NCBI GenBank assembly: GCA_035279385.1
Contig: DATEHZ010000061.1
Location: 4,310-68,309, forward strand
From: Vulcanimicrobiaceae bacterium
GTDB lineage: Bacteria; Vulcanimicrobiota; Vulcanimicrobiia; Vulcanimicrobiales; Vulcanimicrobiaceae
Length of the DNA stretch: 64,000 bases
Direction: 5' to 3'
The position numbers and the translations under genes were made by a program. Shown piece after piece: positions 61,617 through 64,000 of the stretch. The first letter of the stretch is position 1; every line of letters starts with the position of its first letter. Under the pieces are notes generated by a model that worked only from the letters and a program-made list of their open reading frames with translations, was not told the DNA's origin and did not search any database.

Positions 61617-62557
61617 TGCGAGTGGCGGCAATTTTCCCTGGGCAAGGTTCGCAACTCGTCGGTATGGGCGTCGACGCTGCGAAGAATGCACCGGCTGCCG
61701 CAGACGTGTTCTCGCGCGCGAGCGAGATCCTGGGATACGATCTGCTCGAACTGCAGCGCAGCGGTCCGGAAGAGAAGCTGCGTGAGACCGAATACAGCCA
61801 GCCGGCGATTTTCGCGACCAACGTCGCGCTGTATTACGCGGTCGGCGAGATGCTGCGCCCGGTGGTGAGCGCGGGGCATTCGTTCGGCGAATTCTGCAGT
61901 CTGACCATTTCCAATGCGCTCTCGTTCGATGAAGCGCTTCGTATCGTCGACGAGCGGGGCAAGGCGATGCAGTACGCGGCCGAACAGGCTCGCGGAGGAA
62001 TGTCTGCGGTGCTCGGCATGCCGGCGGAGAAAATTCGCGAAGTCGTCGAGCGCGTGAAGAGCGAGACCGGCAAGCGCGTCCAGCTCGCGAACTTCAATTC
62101 ACCGGCGCAAATCGTGATCAGCGGCGATCTCTCCGCGGTCCAAAGCGCCGGAGACGCACTGCTGGAAGCCGGGGCGAAACGCGTCGTGCCGCTCAATGTT
62201 TCGGGCGCGTGGCACAGCGAGCTCATGAGTCCCGCCGTACCGCGCTTCGAAGCTGCGGTGAGCGCCGGGCACTTCCGCACTCCGGAGTTCGACGTCGTTT
62301 CGAACGTCGACGCGCAGGTCTATCGCGACGTCGGCGTCATCAAACGCAACCTCGTAAAATCCATCACCGATGAAGTGCGCTGGCACGATTGCGCGCTCAG
62401 GTTGCTGACGTACGATTTGGAATTGGTCGTGGAGTTCGGCGCATCGCCGGTGCTCGCACCGATGTTCAAACGTTTGCCCAACGCGCCGCAAGTGATGAAC
62501 GTCACCGATTTCGGCGGTATCGAAAAATTGCGAGGCGTGTTGTATGTCAATGCTTGA
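61613..62557 (+). CDS. fabD: Malonyl CoA-ACP transacylase
   Basis: FPGQGSQ..GMG and GHSFGEF (active-site Ser). ATGATG overlaps the fabH stop. Confidence 0.9.
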   Translation: MMRVAAIFPGQGSQLVGMGVDAAKNAPAAADVFSRASEILGYDLLELQRSGPEEKLRETEYSQPAIFATNVALYYAVGEMLRPVVSAGHSFGEFCSLTISNALSFDEALRIVDERGKAMQYAAEQARGGMSAVLGMPAEKIREVVERVKSETGKRVQLANFNSPAQIVISGDLSAVQSAGDALLEAGAKRVVPLNVSGAWHSELMSPAVPRFEAAVSAGHFRTPEFDVVSNVDAQVYRDVGVIKRNLVKSITDEVRWHDCALRLLTYDLELVVEFGASPVLAPMFKRLPNAPQVMNVTDFGGIEKLRGVLYVNA

Positions 62558-63290
62558 CGGGAAGAGCGCGCTCGTGACGGGTGCGAGCCGGGGCATCGGC
62601 CGCGCCATCGCCGTCGATCTCGTCAAGCACGGCGCCGACGTTGCGCTCGCCGGACGCGATCGCAGTGCGCTGGAAGAAACCGTTGCCGCCTGCACGGCTG
62701 CGCGCGCAGATGCGAAGTGCCTGGTTCTCACGGGCGACGTCGCGGAGCAGCCGGCGGTGGACGGCTTCGTCGCCCAGACGCTCGCGGCATTCGGACGCGT
62801 CGACTTCGCGGTCGCGAACGCGGGCCAGTCCGTCGACTCTCTCTTGCTGCGGCTCAAGCCCGACGCGATCGACCATATGCTTTCGGTCAATTTGAAGTCG
62901 GCGTTCTATCTCTGCGGCGCCGTGGCGAAGCCCATGATGAAGCAGCGAAGCGGTTCCATCGTCCTCATGTCGAGCATCGTCGGCATCATGGGGAACCCCG
63001 GGCAGGCGGCCTATGCCGCGGCCAAGGCAGGCCTGCTTGGTCTGACCAAGTCCTTAGCAAAGGAATTGGGGTCACGGAACATAAGAGTCAACGCCGTCGC
63101 GCCGGGCCTTATCGAAACGGCGATGACCGAAAAGATGCCGGACGAGGCACGCGAGTATCTCCTCAAACAGGCGGCGCTCGGGCGCCCCGGTAAACCGGAA
63201 GACGTCAGCGGAGTAGTTACTTTTCTTTGTTCGGAAGCGGCCGGGTACATCACGGGACAAACGCTCGTGGTAGACGGCGGCGTTTTATGA
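62544..63290 (+). CDS. fabG: 3-oxoacyl-ACP reductase
   Basis: TGASRGIGRAIA, YAAAKAG and an SDR fold. 248 aa. Confidence 0.9.
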   Translation: MSMLDGKSALVTGASRGIGRAIAVDLVKHGADVALAGRDRSALEETVAACTAARADAKCLVLTGDVAEQPAVDGFVAQTLAAFGRVDFAVANAGQSVDSLLLRLKPDAIDHMLSVNLKSAFYLCGAVAKPMMKQRSGSIVLMSSIVGIMGNPGQAAYAAAKAGLLGLTKSLAKELGSRNIRVNAVAPGLIETAMTEKMPDEAREYLLKQAALGRPGKPEDVSGVVTFLCSEAAGYITGQTLVVDGGVL

Positions 63291-63362
63291 GGCACGGAGT
63301 GCCTCTTTGTAACACTAGGGGTCCCCAACGCGCCCCGCGGGTTGGGGTAGTAAAGGAGCACC

Positions 63363-63605
63363 ATGTCCACCACGTTCGATAAAGTCAAGAAGATCATCGT
63401 CGAACAGCTCGGCGTTGATGAGTCGGAAGTGACGCCCGAGGCTTCGATTACCGACGATCTCGGCGCAGACTCACTCGACCAGGTCGAGCTCGTGATGGCC
63501 TTCGAGACGGAGTTCAACATCGATATTCCGGACGAAGAGGCGGAAAAGATCAAGACCGTCGGCGACGCCGTCAAGCGCGTCGAAGAGGCGACTGCCAAGG
63601 AGTAA
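63363..63605 (+). CDS. acpP: Acyl carrier protein
   Basis: [23 protein letters not shown] phosphopantetheine site. Confidence 0.95.
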   Translation: MSTTFDKVKKIIVEQLGVDESEVTPEASITDDLGADSLDQVELVMAFETEFNIDIPDEEAEKIKTVGDAVKRVEEATAKE

Positions 63606-63617
63606 TATCCCAGACCC

Positions 63618-64000
63618 GTGTTCGATCAACTTTCCGACCGGTTAAACGCGATTTTCTCGCGTTTGACCGGCCGAGGCCGTTTAAGCGAGAGCGACGTCAA
63701 CGACGTGATGCGCGAAGTGCGCATCGCTTTGCTTGAGGCCGACGTTTCGCTGCCCGCGGCCAAAGAATTCGTCAACCGGGTCAAAGAGAAGGCCGTCGGC
63801 GCCGACGTCATGGCGTCGCTCTCGCCCGCGCAGACGATCGTCAAGATCGTTCACGACGAACTGGTCGAATTGCTGGGCGGCGCGCAGGCGAGACTGCAGT
63901 TTTCCGACGCTCCGCCTTCAGTCATCATGCTCGTCGGCTTGCAAGGCTCCGGTAAAACCACGCACGCCGGCAAACTTGCGCTGCGTCTGAAAGAACAGGG
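63618..64000 (+). CDS. ffh: Signal recognition particle protein Ffh (3' end beyond window)
   Basis: GTG start. FDQLSDRLNAIFSRL.G.G.L.E.DV...REVR.ALLEADV and LVGLQGSGKTT. Frame open to the window end. Confidence 0.9.
   Translation, partial: MFDQLSDRLNAIFSRLTGRGRLSESDVNDVMREVRIALLEADVSLPAAKEFVNRVKEKAVGADVMASLSPAQTIVKIVHDELVELLGGAQARLQFSDAPPSVIMLVGLQGSGKTTHAGKLALRLKEQ

Noticed and set aside
1-64000. Search by eye for CRISPR arrays, rRNA, tmRNA, retron/DGR reverse transcriptases, and transposase/IS elements with terminal inverted repeats.
   Set aside because: I found no regularly spaced 25-40-bp repeats, no rRNA-like conserved blocks, no RT (YxDD) or DDE transposase motifs in any credible ORF.

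Overview
GC-rich bacterial chromosomal segment; the lineage cannot be identified from the sequence alone. About 0-33.7 kb and 58.5-64 kb look like core genome. Core content: a GT28 glycosyltransferase, a five-tRNA cluster interleaved with an HNH endonuclease and tadA, alpha-glucan phosphorylase, a Kef-type antiporter, an M20 amidohydrolase, aroA, a GGDEF cyclase, an unusual APC-permease::GH35 fusion ORF, a YciI-like + ECF sigma pair, a CBS/cystathionine-lyase pair, glycerate kinase, rapZ-yvcK, RNase P RNA, and yceD-rpmF-fabH-fabD-fabG-acpP-ffh. Two accessory insertions lie between rnpB and the fab operon. (i) A 2.5-kb, visibly lower-GC islet with no integrase is bracketed by a perfect 20-bp duplication of the tRNA-Ala(GGC) 3' end. 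It carries only a multi-TM/coiled-coil protein plus a YaaC-like protein, and is my best candidate for an undescribed two-gene system. (ii) A ~21-kb mosaic mobile element sits next to tRNA-Ile. It has a large serine recombinase, an XRE regulator, a wHTH replication-like gene containing iteron-like repeats, a J-domain protein, an orphan tape-measure-like protein, a tyrosine recombinase and a lytic-transglycosylase operon. I recognise no capsid, portal, terminase or conjugation ATPase in it. The window holds nine tRNAs and one RNase P RNA; I saw no rRNA and no CRISPR array. Many long Arg/Ala-rich ORFs in the track are antisense shadows typical of high-GC DNA and are not called.
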